Virus record (IMG/VR): IMGVR_UViG_3300025016_000004
DNA length: 64,000 nucleotides
Source of the DNA: a virus
Lineage: Duplodnaviria > Caudoviricetes
Direction: 5' to 3' (one strand)
Of this stretch, positions 17,190 to 26,651 are shown piece by piece. Every line of letters starts with the position of its first letter. The stretch's first letter is position 1. The position numbers were made by a program, and so were the translations under genes. The notes under the pieces were generated by a model. That model ran no database searches. It was given only the letters and a program-made list of their open reading frames with translations, and was not told the origin of the DNA.

Positions 17190-17936
17190 GTGGGGTTATA
17201 TAAAATATATAAATCGGTATTAACTGAAGGTAATGTTGAAAAATGTATTACCTTATTTGGCAACGAGTTATTTGGTGATGAATTAGGTGGTACAGAAAAG
17301 AACACGCCAATTGAAAATAGGTATAGTGATGAGATTTCTGATTTCACTGATAACATGTATGGTGAAGAATTAAAGCCTGAATTCATGAATATGATTAAAA
17401 CCTTAAAGGCTTGTATGGGTCAGTATTCCGAAGTTTTAATACCAGAAGAAACTCGTGTTTTTAGGGGTACAATGATACCGTTGAAATATTTTGTTAAGAA
17501 CAAAGAAATTATTAATCTTGAAGGTGGTGGTAATAAGTATAATTATAAGGCTAAGAGTAAGGTTCAAAGCTGGACTGTAAATCATCAAATAGCCAATAAA
17601 TTTGGTGATAATTCACAATTAAATAGGTATGCTAAACAAATTAATGTTGATGATTACGATTCCCCAATAAAGCGTAAAGAATTATTAAATGATTTAATTT
17701 CAGAGAATTTATATTTAGGGTTTCGTTTAACTTATAACACCACTATCAACGATTTTTTATTTAAATCAAAATATTTAAATCGATTATCACATAATGGTGA
17801 TGAAGATGAGATAATTAGGGTTACTAATGGGCCTATTATTGTTGACGCTTATTTAAAAACTGGCGTTGGCACTGATTTTAATGGTTTAAGTTTCAATTTA
17901 ATTAAATTAATCAACTTGGCCATATTGGGTAAATAA
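17190..17936 (+). CDS. ADP-ribosyltransferase-like protein (R-S-E clade), possibly virion-packaged
   Basis: VFRG, SWT...ANKF, EDE in the expected order; N-terminal VLTE motif. Confidence 0.5.
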   Translation: MGLYKIYKSVLTEGNVEKCITLFGNELFGDELGGTEKNTPIENRYSDEISDFTDNMYGEELKPEFMNMIKTLKACMGQYSEVLIPEETRVFRGTMIPLKYFVKNKEIINLEGGGNKYNYKAKSKVQSWTVNHQIANKFGDNSQLNRYAKQINVDDYDSPIKRKELLNDLISENLYLGFRLTYNTTINDFLFKSKYLNRLSHNGDEDEIIRVTNGPIIVDAYLKTGVGTDFNGLSFNLIKLINLAILGK

Positions 17937-18413
17937 CTATATTTGTTCAAACGTTTTTGAGTTATATATTTTAAATTCTTTAAAGAATTTCCATCTTGGT
18001 ACCAGCCATCCTTTGGTGTTAGAATTTGAATCTCCAGAGAAGTTTTTAAAGATAAGGTTTTGTTTATTATCTTCAATTAATTTTATAACATCTTTGGTTT
18101 TTATGTACCAGATTTCGTCAAGGTATTTATAATAAGTAACAAACCATTCGGCTTCCGTCACCATAACTCCAGAATCTTTACCTCTACATTCAACTTCTAC
18201 GAATATATTTCCAGTGTCATAAGTCGGTTTGCAGAAGAAATCGGTCTTAATTTCGTATTTTATCTTACGACCATTTCTTTCTATAAGAGCATCATATCGC
18301 TTATCATTATTTTTATGTATCAGGGTTCCCCCAAGTTTTTTTAGATGTTCTATTACGACATTTTCGCCCTTTTCACCCTCGTTTAAGTCCTTATTAAAAT
18401 CATAGTGTGCCAT
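17937..18413 (-). CDS. PD-(D/E)xK-like nuclease
   Basis: G..GE..V, YD, YEIKTD, TGNIFVE, SG...TEAEW; promoter at 18430. Confidence 0.65.
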   Translation of the reverse strand: MAHYDFNKDLNEGEKGENVVIEHLKKLGGTLIHKNNDKRYDALIERNGRKIKYEIKTDFFCKPTYDTGNIFVEVECRGKDSGVMVTEAEWFVTYYKYLDEIWYIKTKDVIKLIEDNKQNLIFKNFSGDSNSNTKGWLVPRWKFFKEFKIYNSKTFEQI

Positions 18414-18491
18414 AGATAAATTTTAATTCAAAGATAACGATTTTTAGAAAAAAGTCAAGCTATTTATAGTATAAGAAACCTATAATACTCT

Positions 18492-18770
18492 ATGAAACTG
18501 AGACCAAATGACTACACAACGATATCATACAAAATATTTTTAATTATAATGATATTGGCTCAAGCCCATTTAATATTATGTCACGTAAATGAATTACATT
18601 TGGTAGGCGAGATAATTAGCTGTGCGTTATTAGTTTATTTAGTGTTTAGGTTTTATTTATTAAATAAGTTAAGTGTTGAAGCTCAACACTTGTCACTGAC
18701 ATTACATCAATTCTTACAAAAGGATAAGAAACAGTGTGATGATTGTAAAAAGAATTGTGATAAATGTTAA
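18492..18770 (+). CDS. two-TM membrane protein with Cys-rich tail
   Basis: Two hydrophobic segments, C-terminal CDDCKKNCDKC. Confidence 0.55.
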   Translation: MKLRPNDYTTISYKIFLIIMILAQAHLILCHVNELHLVGEIISCALLVYLVFRFYLLNKLSVEAQHLSLTLHQFLQKDKKQCDDCKKNCDKC

Positions 18771-19042
18771 AGTTTGAGCGATTTGACATAATTACGGACC
18801 AATGGTTCGACATCGGTTTGGTTAAATCCAAACACATAACAAACAGTTTCAATGATATCAGAAGTGATAGATTCATGACTAATTTGGCCAGTATTAATTT
18901 GATAGATTTTTCTATCCTGTCTCACATACCCGCTAGGGGTTATGATGACACGCATCCATTTGGCCTTGTCACCTCTAATCCTTTTGATTGGAAATTTTTG
19001 TTTAATAAATTTCGTAATAACTTTTTTAGTTTTTTCGTCCAT
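18767..19042 (-). CDS. hypothetical protein
   Basis: 91 aa after late-type motif at 19051. Confidence 0.6.
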   Translation of the reverse strand: MDEKTKKVITKFIKQKFPIKRIRGDKAKWMRVIITPSGYVRQDRKIYQINTGQISHESITSDIIETVCYVFGFNQTDVEPLVRNYVKSLKL

Positions 19043-19094
19043 AGTTATTAATAAATATTTGTTTATATTGAATAAATTTAGTATCTTTGTAACA

Positions 19095-19421
19095 ATGAAA
19101 CGAATTCCTTTAAATTATTACGTTAATTTATTTATTACTGGGGAATGCATTAAGTACTACAAAAACTATAATACGAAGGGCACATCAAGTGATTGTTTTT
19201 CTTGGTTTGGTTATGTAGAGACATACATTAAAAGTAATAGTAAGCTTCCAGCAACGATAGAGTTGTTAATTGTGAAGTTAAATAGAGATTTGGCTGACGT
19301 TTATGGGTTTAACCCAGATAAGGCCATGGAATGTATTATCAATTATTTTGTTAATACCAATTATAAGAATTACCTAGATTTCGTTATGATACGTAATGAA
19401 TATTTAGAAAACAAAAATTAA
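19095..19421 (+). CDS. hypothetical protein (start MKRIPLNY, probably leaderless)
   Basis: ATG 5 nt after TATCTTTG (19082-19089). Confidence 0.55.
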   Translation: MKRIPLNYYVNLFITGECIKYYKNYNTKGTSSDCFSWFGYVETYIKSNSKLPATIELLIVKLNRDLADVYGFNPDKAMECIINYFVNTNYKNYLDFVMIRNEYLENKN

Positions 19422-19436
19422 AAAACAAATTAAATT

Positions 19437-19754
19437 ATGACACAAGAAGTCACAAGCGAAAGTTTTGATTCGCTTTTAAAAGAAAAAGAAGTATTAGTAG
19501 TAGATTTTTGGGCACCATGGTGTGGACCATGTAAGACATTAGGGCCGATTATAGAGTCGATTCAGAATGAAACCAAAGATGAAAACGTTAAAGTAATAAA
19601 AGTAAATGTTGACGAACACAGCGATTTAGCTGCTAGGTATGGTGTTAGGAGCATTCCTACAGTGATGTATTTCAAAGCTGGTAAGTTAGTTGATAGGTCT
19701 GTAGGTATTAGGCCAAAAACAGAAATAGAAGGTATTATTAATAGTTTAAAGTAA
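19437..19754 (+). CDS. trxA: thioredoxin
   Basis: VVDFWAPWCGPCK, VNVDE, YGVRSIPT. Confidence 0.95.
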   Translation: MTQEVTSESFDSLLKEKEVLVVDFWAPWCGPCKTLGPIIESIQNETKDENVKVIKVNVDEHSDLAARYGVRSIPTVMYFKAGKLVDRSVGIRPKTEIEGIINSLK

Positions 19755-19775
19755 CTTAACCTAATTTATGCTATT

Positions 19776-19802
19776 AAAACCCTCCTAAAGAGGGTTTTTT
19801 TT
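19776..19802 (+). terminator. intrinsic terminator
   Basis: AAAACCCTC/GAGGGTTTT stem plus T-run. Confidence 0.75.
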
Positions 19803-19825
19803 AGTTTATATGTATATTTATTAGT

Positions 19826-20161
19826 ATGAGCAAAAAATTAATTATAACGGAGCGTCAATTCAGGGCCATCAAGAATCACATTGATGAGACTGTGGCTAAT
19901 ATCAGATTAAGAAATAGAATACATGAATTTCTTCAAGCTGACTATGAGCCTAGTGGTGGTGTTGAAGAGTTAGCCAATGAGTTTTACCCAAAGGCTTTAA
20001 TCAAGAAAAAAATCAATGGTGAAGTGATTACGCCAGAGGCGTTATATAAATATATGCAGCATAAATTTGTTGGTGTTGATAAGTCGATATTAAAAGATTG
20101 TTTAGAAGGTTGGTATAATGGGGATTATAACAAAGAGACTGGTATGCGAAAAAGAAAATAA
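19826..20161 (+). CDS. hypothetical protein with KKLIITERQF N-terminal motif
   Basis: 111 aa; late-type motif; terminator hairpin at ~20182-20221. Confidence 0.7.
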   Translation: MSKKLIITERQFRAIKNHIDETVANIRLRNRIHEFLQADYEPSGGVEELANEFYPKALIKKKINGEVITPEALYKYMQHKFVGVDKSILKDCLEGWYNGDYNKETGMRKRK

Positions 20162-20295
20162 TTATTATTGAATAATATTAAAAGCCTATCTTCTAAGTCT
20201 CAGAATGATAGGTTTTTTTTTGGAAATTTAATATTAATTTTACATAGTTTGCGGGCTAGTTTCGATATTTATAAATAACATAAAAAGGTAATATT

Positions 20296-20625
20296 ATGAG
20301 AGTAACAAACAAAAACCTTACTATCTTGGGAGATAAATTTTCAGGTAGAATTCACAAAGCTTTTAGAAGCAGTTCAATCAATAAATTTTATAGCAACATT
20401 GAAATCGACAGGATGATAACCTATAACGAAATTTTAGGTGAGTTTATTGATTTAGGAAATTATGATTTATATGAAGAGTTTGAAACCAGACTTATAAATG
20501 GGGAAAACCCAAACGTTATATTAGAATCGATTCTAATCAGAGACGAGAATAAAGCAACTTTAGGATATCTTTTAGCCACCGTTCAATATTATATTGATAG
20601 TGACATAACAAAAATATTCATATAA
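20296..20625 (+). CDS. hypothetical protein
   Basis: 109 aa after late-type motif. Confidence 0.65.
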   Translation: MRVTNKNLTILGDKFSGRIHKAFRSSSINKFYSNIEIDRMITYNEILGEFIDLGNYDLYEEFETRLINGENPNVILESILIRDENKATLGYLLATVQYYIDSDITKIFI

Positions 20626-20674
20626 AGTTGTTTTTTACAAAAAATTTATATATCTTTGCACTTTAAAGACTAAC

Positions 20675-22147
20675 ATGATTGATGTTGTGACAAAGGAAAA
20701 AACGCCAATTAAACGAATTGAATTTCTGGCGAAGAAATTTGATGTGTTTGATGATGAAGAATTTAGTGAAATATTTTCAGGTGGAATTACTATTGCTGAT
20801 AATAATGGTCATTTAACCAATCAGAATTTAGCAATTCGAACTGGAGATGATATTTATGGTGTTCATACATGGAATGAGCGTAAATATAAGAACACTGGTG
20901 AGTTTGTTGTTGGTAAAGTAAGGGTTTATGAGGGTGTATTCATAAAGATGGTTCAATCGGACCCAACTGGCCATAAGGAGTATGTACAATGGATGCTAAC
21001 AACGTTTGTTAGGTTTATTAAAGAAGGTAAAAAAGGTGAAGCAATTAGGTTTGCTTCTGAGGATTTGGATGTTGCGGCAGAATATTTAGAAATATTTCAT
21101 TCTGTAAAGAATAAACCTAAATTTAAATCGATGTGTGCTGGTAATTCAGCATTCAAAGATATAAGCGACCCATCGAACATCAATCAATATAGGGATTTAT
21201 CACATTTATTTGATGCGGTTGACCCATATATTGATAAGAATGCTAGTAAACTTGAAAAGGATATTAGGATTCTAACCAAGTTAGGACATGGTAAGATACC
21301 ATATGAAGATAGAAGGGTGATGGTTTTTATACCTAAGACTATTAAAGCTAGTAGATTATTTGCTAACTTTACTAGATGGTGTACAACAAGTAATAAATCG
21401 ACTTTTGAAAGTTATGCTCATAAGTTAACGTCAAAGAAGACTAAAGCGCATTTGTATATAATCATACCGAAGACGTATTTGTTGCAAGATGATGACCCTA
21501 AAAAGACTCATGAGTTGTATCAATTTCATTTTGAACAAGCGCAATTTATGAATAAGGCTGATAGGAGTGTTAGTGGTGACATGAATTCTCTTATTAGAGA
21601 TAATGTTGGTTTGGCTGATTATTTTTATGATTTGTTAATAGATTTTGCTAGGGCATCTCATAAAAATTATCAACAAAATGTATATGTTACAGCGTTAAGA
21701 AAATTTGGTTTTGCAGATATTACATTTGAAGTAATGCCGCCTGATACTGAAGAAATTTGTATTTTGAAAGAGAATTTAGGTGGAATGAAAAGTGTTGGGA
21801 AATTTAAAAATGCTTATAGTATAATTCTAAGGGGTTGTACTATAACTGAAATTCCTGAGAGTATTGGAGAGTTAGAAAAATTGGGGAATTTGTCAATCCC
21901 TTATAATAATTTAACGAAACTACCGAGTAGTATTAGTAAATTAAAAAATTTGACAGTAATAAATATTTCTGGTAATTATATAAAAGAGATACCAGAAACG
22001 ATAAAAGAATTAGATTTGTCTAACGGTGGTAGTTTGGAGTACTTATCTTATGGTAAAGGCTTTCTCAGTGATGAGTTAGTATCGAAGCTAAAAATATGGT
22101 TACCAAACACTATTATTAATGAATTTAAAGGACTTCTAAACCAATAA
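20675..22147 (+). CDS. leucine-rich-repeat protein with PcfJ-like WCT region
   Basis: C-terminal LxxLxLxxNxLxxLPxxIxxL repeats; TRWCTT and YQFHFE upstream; promoter at 20651. Confidence 0.7.
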   Translation: MIDVVTKEKTPIKRIEFLAKKFDVFDDEEFSEIFSGGITIADNNGHLTNQNLAIRTGDDIYGVHTWNERKYKNTGEFVVGKVRVYEGVFIKMVQSDPTGHKEYVQWMLTTFVRFIKEGKKGEAIRFASEDLDVAAEYLEIFHSVKNKPKFKSMCAGNSAFKDISDPSNINQYRDLSHLFDAVDPYIDKNASKLEKDIRILTKLGHGKIPYEDRRVMVFIPKTIKASRLFANFTRWCTTSNKSTFESYAHKLTSKKTKAHLYIIIPKTYLLQDDDPKKTHELYQFHFEQAQFMNKADRSVSGDMNSLIRDNVGLADYFYDLLIDFARASHKNYQQNVYVTALRKFGFADITFEVMPPDTEEICILKENLGGMKSVGKFKNAYSIILRGCTITEIPESIGELEKLGNLSIPYNNLTKLPSSISKLKNLTVINISGNYIKEIPETIKELDLSNGGSLEYLSYGKGFLSDELVSKLKIWLPNTIINEFKGLLNQ

Positions 22148-22211
22148 GAATATTACCCTCTTTATATTTTTATTTGTTTAGTTATAATTAAATAAATAAA
22201 AATTAGAAAAC

Positions 22212-22742
22212 ATGGAATTAGAAAACATGGAATGGAAGAGGGTGAACCACGGAAAACTTGGTATGCCATTAATTGATTATTTGGAAAAAATAATTGATGA
22301 ACAAAATGAATTAGGTAGAAAACTTAAAATTTGTGTAGGTACTGATTCACAAAAAAATGGCAAAGGGTTTAAATACGCTACAGCTATTATTATTGAGATG
22401 AAACAACCTATGGGTATGCATTATGGTAAAATGGAATACAAAGGGTTGGGTGCTATGGTAGTTTATGGTGTTTTTCATGAAAAACGTAGACCTTCAATCA
22501 AAGAAAGAATGCTTAAAGAGGTGCAAATGTCAATAAACGTATGTTTCCATATACTTGATTTAATCGAGTTATATGACATTGACATGGAAATACATGCCGA
22601 TGTGAATCCAAACCCAATGTGGGCTTCTAACATTGCGTTTACGGAGGTTGTAGGTTTCTGTAAAGGTATGAGTTTTACTTATAAAACAAAACCGTTTGCG
22701 TATGCCGCAAGTTCGGGAGCTGACAGGTTGTGTACCAGATAG
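22212..22742 (+). CDS. RNase H-like protein (YkuK/DUF458 family)
   Basis: ICVGTDSQ, YATAI, MLKEVQMS, EIHADVN, KPFAYAASSGAD. Confidence 0.75.
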   Translation: MELENMEWKRVNHGKLGMPLIDYLEKIIDEQNELGRKLKICVGTDSQKNGKGFKYATAIIIEMKQPMGMHYGKMEYKGLGAMVVYGVFHEKRRPSIKERMLKEVQMSINVCFHILDLIELYDIDMEIHADVNPNPMWASNIAFTEVVGFCKGMSFTYKTKPFAYAASSGADRLCTR

Positions 22743-23202
22743 TTACGAATTTAAAACACCCATTAGGGTGTTTTTTTATATAATAATTGTCTTCTGCACA
22801 GGTAGCTGCATACTTATATATAAAAACGGTTCAACCGAAGAATATGACTCAACTAATTTAGTGATTAAAAAAGAATATTTAGCTTGGAAATGGTTTCTGG
22901 GTCTACTTTTAACATTGATTCCATTTATAAATATTATTGGATTTCCTTATGTTATTTATAGAGGTGTTGTGAATATTACAAGTAAATACACCAACGTAAA
23001 TGAATTATATACTAATACTATTAAAGTTCGTGATAGGAGATATAATAGTGGTTATAGAAATGAGCTTGTCACTAAAAATAGAGTGGTTAAATTATTAAAA
23101 ACTGATGATGAACTTAAGTTCACTAAAATAAAGGGTATTGGTTATTTAGTTATTGCGTTATTTTATATACCATTAGGTTTATACCTCTATTTAAATAAAT
23201 AA
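22696..23202 (+). CDS. membrane protein (start uncertain)
   Basis: Several hydrophobic segments. Confidence 0.55.
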   Translation: MRMPQVRELTGCVPDSYEFKTPIRVFFYIIIVFCTGSCILIYKNGSTEEYDSTNLVIKKEYLAWKWFLGLLLTLIPFINIIGFPYVIYRGVVNITSKYTNVNELYTNTIKVRDRRYNSGYRNELVTKNRVVKLLKTDDELKFTKIKGIGYLVIALFYIPLGLYLYLNK

Positions 23203-23211
23203 CTATATTAG

Positions 23212-23457
23212 ATGCATATGCCGCCTCAAGTGGCGCAGATAATTTATGTCATGGTGGATAAAGAATGGATTGATATTAATGATGAGTCACCGATATGGTA
23301 TAAACCCGTATTAGTGTATTGTGCAAGTAATGGTCATATGGTTGTTGCTTGGAAGCATACTGATGGTGAAGAAATAGATTTTACAGTGTTTGACACTGAT
23401 ATTATTTTAACTGAAGAGGTTACTCATTGGCAATATTTACCAGAATCACCTAAATAG
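23212..23457 (+). CDS. DUF551-like protein
   Basis: WIDIN..SP...PVLV...VTHWQYLPESP. Confidence 0.7.
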   Translation: MHMPPQVAQIIYVMVDKEWIDINDESPIWYKPVLVYCASNGHMVVAWKHTDGEEIDFTVFDTDIILTEEVTHWQYLPESPK

Positions 23458-23516
23458 TTTATATTTTTAGTATTTTTGTTTGTTTTTGATATATTTATTA
23501 TTAAATAAATGAAGTC

Positions 23517-23732
23517 ATGACAAACAAAAATATTAAAACTGTAAAAATACAAGAAAACAAATTAGTTGACTTGATTAATGATATTGTTGAAAAAACAATT
23601 CTTGAGATGAAGTTAGTTCCAGCTAAAAAAGCTCTTAAAACCAAAAAAATTACCGTAACAGAATCTCAATTAAGAGAATTACAAGCTAAAGGTGCTAAAA
23701 TTAATAGTATCGTTAAAAAAAAAAGTAATTAA
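23517..23732 (+). CDS. basic protein with KIQENKLVDLI / KITVTESQL motifs
   Basis: 71 aa, ends in an A10 run. Confidence 0.7.
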   Translation: MTNKNIKTVKIQENKLVDLINDIVEKTILEMKLVPAKKALKTKKITVTESQLRELQAKGAKINSIVKKKSN

Positions 23733-23762
23733 CGAGGTTCAAAGTTATAACCAAAAAAGGTT

Positions 23763-23897
23763 ATGAGCGTTGCTAAAAAAGCTAAAGAAATTGTTCCTGA
23801 TGCATATGATGAATTATATGAATTAATGATTGCATACGGGGAACAAATCCCAGCAAGTAGAGTTAACAACATCCTAGCCAATTACGATTTATTGTAA
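23763..23897 (+). CDS. small ORF, possible continuation of 23517 (MSVAKKAKEIVPD...)
   Basis: Hand translation; same frame as 23517; terminator at 23903-23927. Confidence 0.45.
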   Translation: MSVAKKAKEIVPDAYDELYELMIAYGEQIPASRVNNILANYDLL

Positions 23898-23965
23898 ATA
23901 AAAAGACTAACTTTCGTTAGTCTTTTTATATTTACTTCTCTCCCATCACCCCTTATATTTCCAGT

Positions 23966-25735
23966 ATGGAAATAAAAATTATAGAAAAACTACAAAAGGA
24001 TGGCAAAGTTTTAACTTCAATAGTTAATCAAAATGAATTTACTAAAGCCGCAGAGAAGGCATTTGATTGTAAAACAGATGGTTACAGTACTTTTACGTCA
24101 TGGGGCATGCCTACCAACTTACCTAAAAAATACAATATTGGTGTAATATATGGTGCTTCTGGATGTTTAGGTTTAGGCACTAAAGTATTAATGTATAATA
24201 ATACATTTAAAAATATTGAAGATGTTATTGAAGGTGATGTATTAATGGGCCCCGATTCAACGCCTAGAAATGTAATTAAATTAATTAGAGGGGTTGGACA
24301 AATGTATTGGGTTCGTCAAAATAAAGGGTTTGATTATAGAGTTAATGAAACTCATGTTTTATCTTTAAAAAATAGAAGAGGTATTACGATTAGAAAACAA
24401 ATTAATAATATAAGGAAAACAATAAATTATTACCCACCAGATGAAAATAAAATTATTAATATAAGTGTTAAGGAATTTATACAAAAAAGTAAAAATTTTA
24501 AAACAATTATGAAGGGTTATAAAAGTAATTTAATACAATATAAAAATGATAACTCCGAATTAACAATAAATCCATATTTTTTAGGTTTATGGTTAGGTGA
24601 TGGCGATTCAAATGGTTTGACCATTACTAATATAGATGCTGAAGTTTTAGGTTTTATTAAAAATTATTCAATTACCTTAAATTTAAAGTGTAGTATTAAA
24701 GTAAATGAAAATGGGGTTTCTAGATGTTTAATTAATAATGGTAATATAGGTAAAAATAAATCTAACAATTTATTAAATAATTTTAAACTATATAATTTAA
24801 TAAATAATAAACATATACCAATTAATTATTTATCTAGTTCAGAAAATAATAGGTTAGAGTTACTAGCTGGTCTATTAGATACTGATGGAAGTTACCATAC
24901 TAAAAAAAATTGTTTTGAAATAACACAAAAAAATAGTGTATTAAGCGCACAAATAGCTCAATTAGCTAGGAGTTTAGGGTTTTATGTTAGTAATAACAAA
25001 TCTATACGAAAAATTAAATCAATAGGTTTTGAGGCACTTTATAATAGAATACATATATTTGGTGATTTAGATAGAATACCAACTAAAATAAAAAGAAAGC
25101 AAGCTAAAAAATCTAGTAGAAAATGTAATTGGTTGGTAACTGGAATTAAAATAGAAAAAGACATTGTTGATAATTTTTACGGATTTCAATTAGATGGGGA
25201 TAATTTATTTTTATTAGAGGATTTAACAGTTACCCATAATAGTGGTAAATCTACATTGCTTAAAAACTTTGGTTCCGAGCCTAATTATAGTTGGGATTGT
25301 AATGAAGCTATAATATCTCATTTTGATAACCCTGATGAAGCTATCAACAAATTAAGTGCTGTTGGATTAAATTCTATTCCAAGTTGGTATAAACCGTATA
25401 ACGTTTTATCTAATGGTGAGAAGTTTAGAGCCGATTTAAGCCGCTCAATTAGAGATAACGCTATAATAGATGAATTTACGTCTGTAGTCGATAGAAACGT
25501 AGCAAAAGCAGCTTCAATGGCCTTATCCAAGTATATTAAAAACAATAATATTCAAAATGTGGTGTTGGCAACCTGTCATGAGGATGTTTTAGAATGGTTG
25601 GAACCTGATTGGGTTATTAATACGAATACAGGGGAGGTGTATGACGGAAATTTTATCAAAGGCCAGACATCAATATCGAAATATATCGAACAAAGTATAG
25701 TGTCTGGCCAATGTTTAAAGACCATCACTATTTAG
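23966..25735 (+). CDS. ABC-type ATPase with intein in the P-loop
   Basis: After splicing GASG|SGKST; LSNGEKFR signature, IIDEFTSVVDR Walker B, LATCH switch. Confidence 0.85.
   Translation: MEIKIIEKLQKDGKVLTSIVNQNEFTKAAEKAFDCKTDGYSTFTSWGMPTNLPKKYNIGVIYGASGCLGLGTKVLMYNNTFKNIEDVIEGDVLMGPDSTPRNVIKLIRGVGQMYWVRQNKGFDYRVNETHVLSLKNRRGITIRKQINNIRKTINYYPPDENKIINISVKEFIQKSKNFKTIMKGYKSNLIQYKNDNSELTINPYFLGLWLGDGDSNGLTITNIDAEVLGFIKNYSITLNLKCSIKVNENGVSRCLINNGNIGKNKSNNLLNNFKLYNLINNKHIPINYLSSSENNRLELLAGLLDTDGSYHTKKNCFEITQKNSVLSAQIAQLARSLGFYVSNNKSIRKIKSIGFEALYNRIHIFGDLDRIPTKIKRKQAKKSSRKCNWLVTGIKIEKDIVDNFYGFQLDGDNLFLLEDLTVTHNSGKSTLLKNFGSEPNYSWDCNEAIISHFDNPDEAINKLSAVGLNSIPSWYKPYNVLSNGEKFRADLSRSIRDNAIIDEFTSVVDRNVAKAASMALSKYIKNNNIQNVVLATCHEDVLEWLEPDWVINTNTGEVYDGNFIKGQTSISKYIEQSIVSGQCLKTITI
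24164..25240 (+). mobile_element. intein (359 aa) with LAGLIDADG endonuclease
   Basis: C1 LGLGT..., VNETH, FLGLWLGDG and LAGLLDTDG, ends VTHN, +1 Ser. Confidence 0.95.
25648..25709 (+). other. candidate -1 programmed frameshift signal
   Basis: A AAT TTT heptamer 25648-25654, 6-nt spacer, 9-bp stem GGCCAGACA(25661)/TGTCTGGCC(25709). Confidence 0.7.
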
Positions 25736-26136
25736 ACGCTAATATATCTAAAGCCAGTTGTTGTTGGGTTGGTGTTTGGAATGGGCATATTGTTTGTTTC
25801 GGTGCTAGTATGACTATGCCATCAGGAACATTAAAGAACGCATGGCGAGGCCATAGGACTGTTGTGTTACCTGATTATCAAGGTATGGGTATTGGTGTTA
25901 GGTTTTCTGATGCGATAGCTCAGATTCATATTGAAGAAGGTAAACGTTATTTCTCTAGAACAGCACACCCACGAATGATTTATTATAGAGAACATTCTGA
26001 ATTATGGAAACCAACTAGTAAACATAAAAAATTACGAAGTGATATTACGCATAAAAATATATTTAATAATCATTATGCTGATAATAAAAGAGTGTGTGGA
26101 AGTTTCGAGTATATCGGATTAAAAAAATCTATCTAA
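25654..26136 (+). CDS. GNAT acetyltransferase domain (-1 frame, likely fused to the ATPase)
   Basis: Frame open from YQRPDINIEIY; W..FKDHHYL, RTVVLPDYQGMGIG acetyl-CoA motif. Confidence 0.8.
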   Translation, partial: YQRPDINIEIYRTKYSVWPMFKDHHYLDANISKASCCWVGVWNGHIVCFGASMTMPSGTLKNAWRGHRTVVLPDYQGMGIGVRFSDAIAQIHIEEGKRYFSRTAHPRMIYYREHSELWKPTSKHKKLRSDITHKNIFNNHYADNKRVCGSFEYIGLKKSI

Positions 26137-26160
26137 TATGAAATTTAAATCTACCATATT

Positions 26161-26361
26161 TTAAATTGGTAAGATAATATCGTTAGAGTTAGTTAATGAT
26201 TTAAAATTACCATTTCTAAATAAATCTCTAGCAAGTTCTCTAGCCATTGGTAAGGTTTTAACTTTAATTTTTAAAGAATCACCTTCAATATCTTTATTAA
26301 CTCTATTTTTTGTTACTATATAGTGTAACACTTCTCTTCTAGTAATTGCGTTTGTACTCAT
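26161..26361 (-). CDS. hypothetical protein (start MSTNAIT)
   Basis: Part of minus-strand operon. Confidence 0.5.
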   Translation of the reverse strand: MSTNAITRREVLHYIVTKNRVNKDIEGDSLKIKVKTLPMARELARDLFRNGNFKSLTNSNDIILPI

Positions 26362-26369
26362 AATTTTAA

Positions 26370-26651
26370 TTAGGTTCCATTTGCGAACCAATATATTGTT
26401 TTACATTCATGACATTTATGATATTCGACCCAATTTGCGCCATGTCCCATGTCATTGCTATATTCATAATAATTATAATATTTTGGCCATCGTTCACCAA
26501 AAACCTCGTATTTATAAGGATTTTCAAATAAGCCATTGTCTGGTGGCTCTTCTTCACACTTTGGGCAACAAAATGAATGACCTTTAACTTCAATAGCTTG
26601 GTCCTTCAACCATTGCGGTGTTTTAGGGTTATCTTTTTTAATTAAATCCAT
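26370..26651 (-). CDS. zinc-finger protein
   Basis: CCPKC...CHEC. Confidence 0.6.
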   Translation of the reverse strand: MDLIKKDNPKTPQWLKDQAIEVKGHSFCCPKCEEEPPDNGLFENPYKYEVFGERWPKYYNYYEYSNDMGHGANWVEYHKCHECKTIYWFANGT

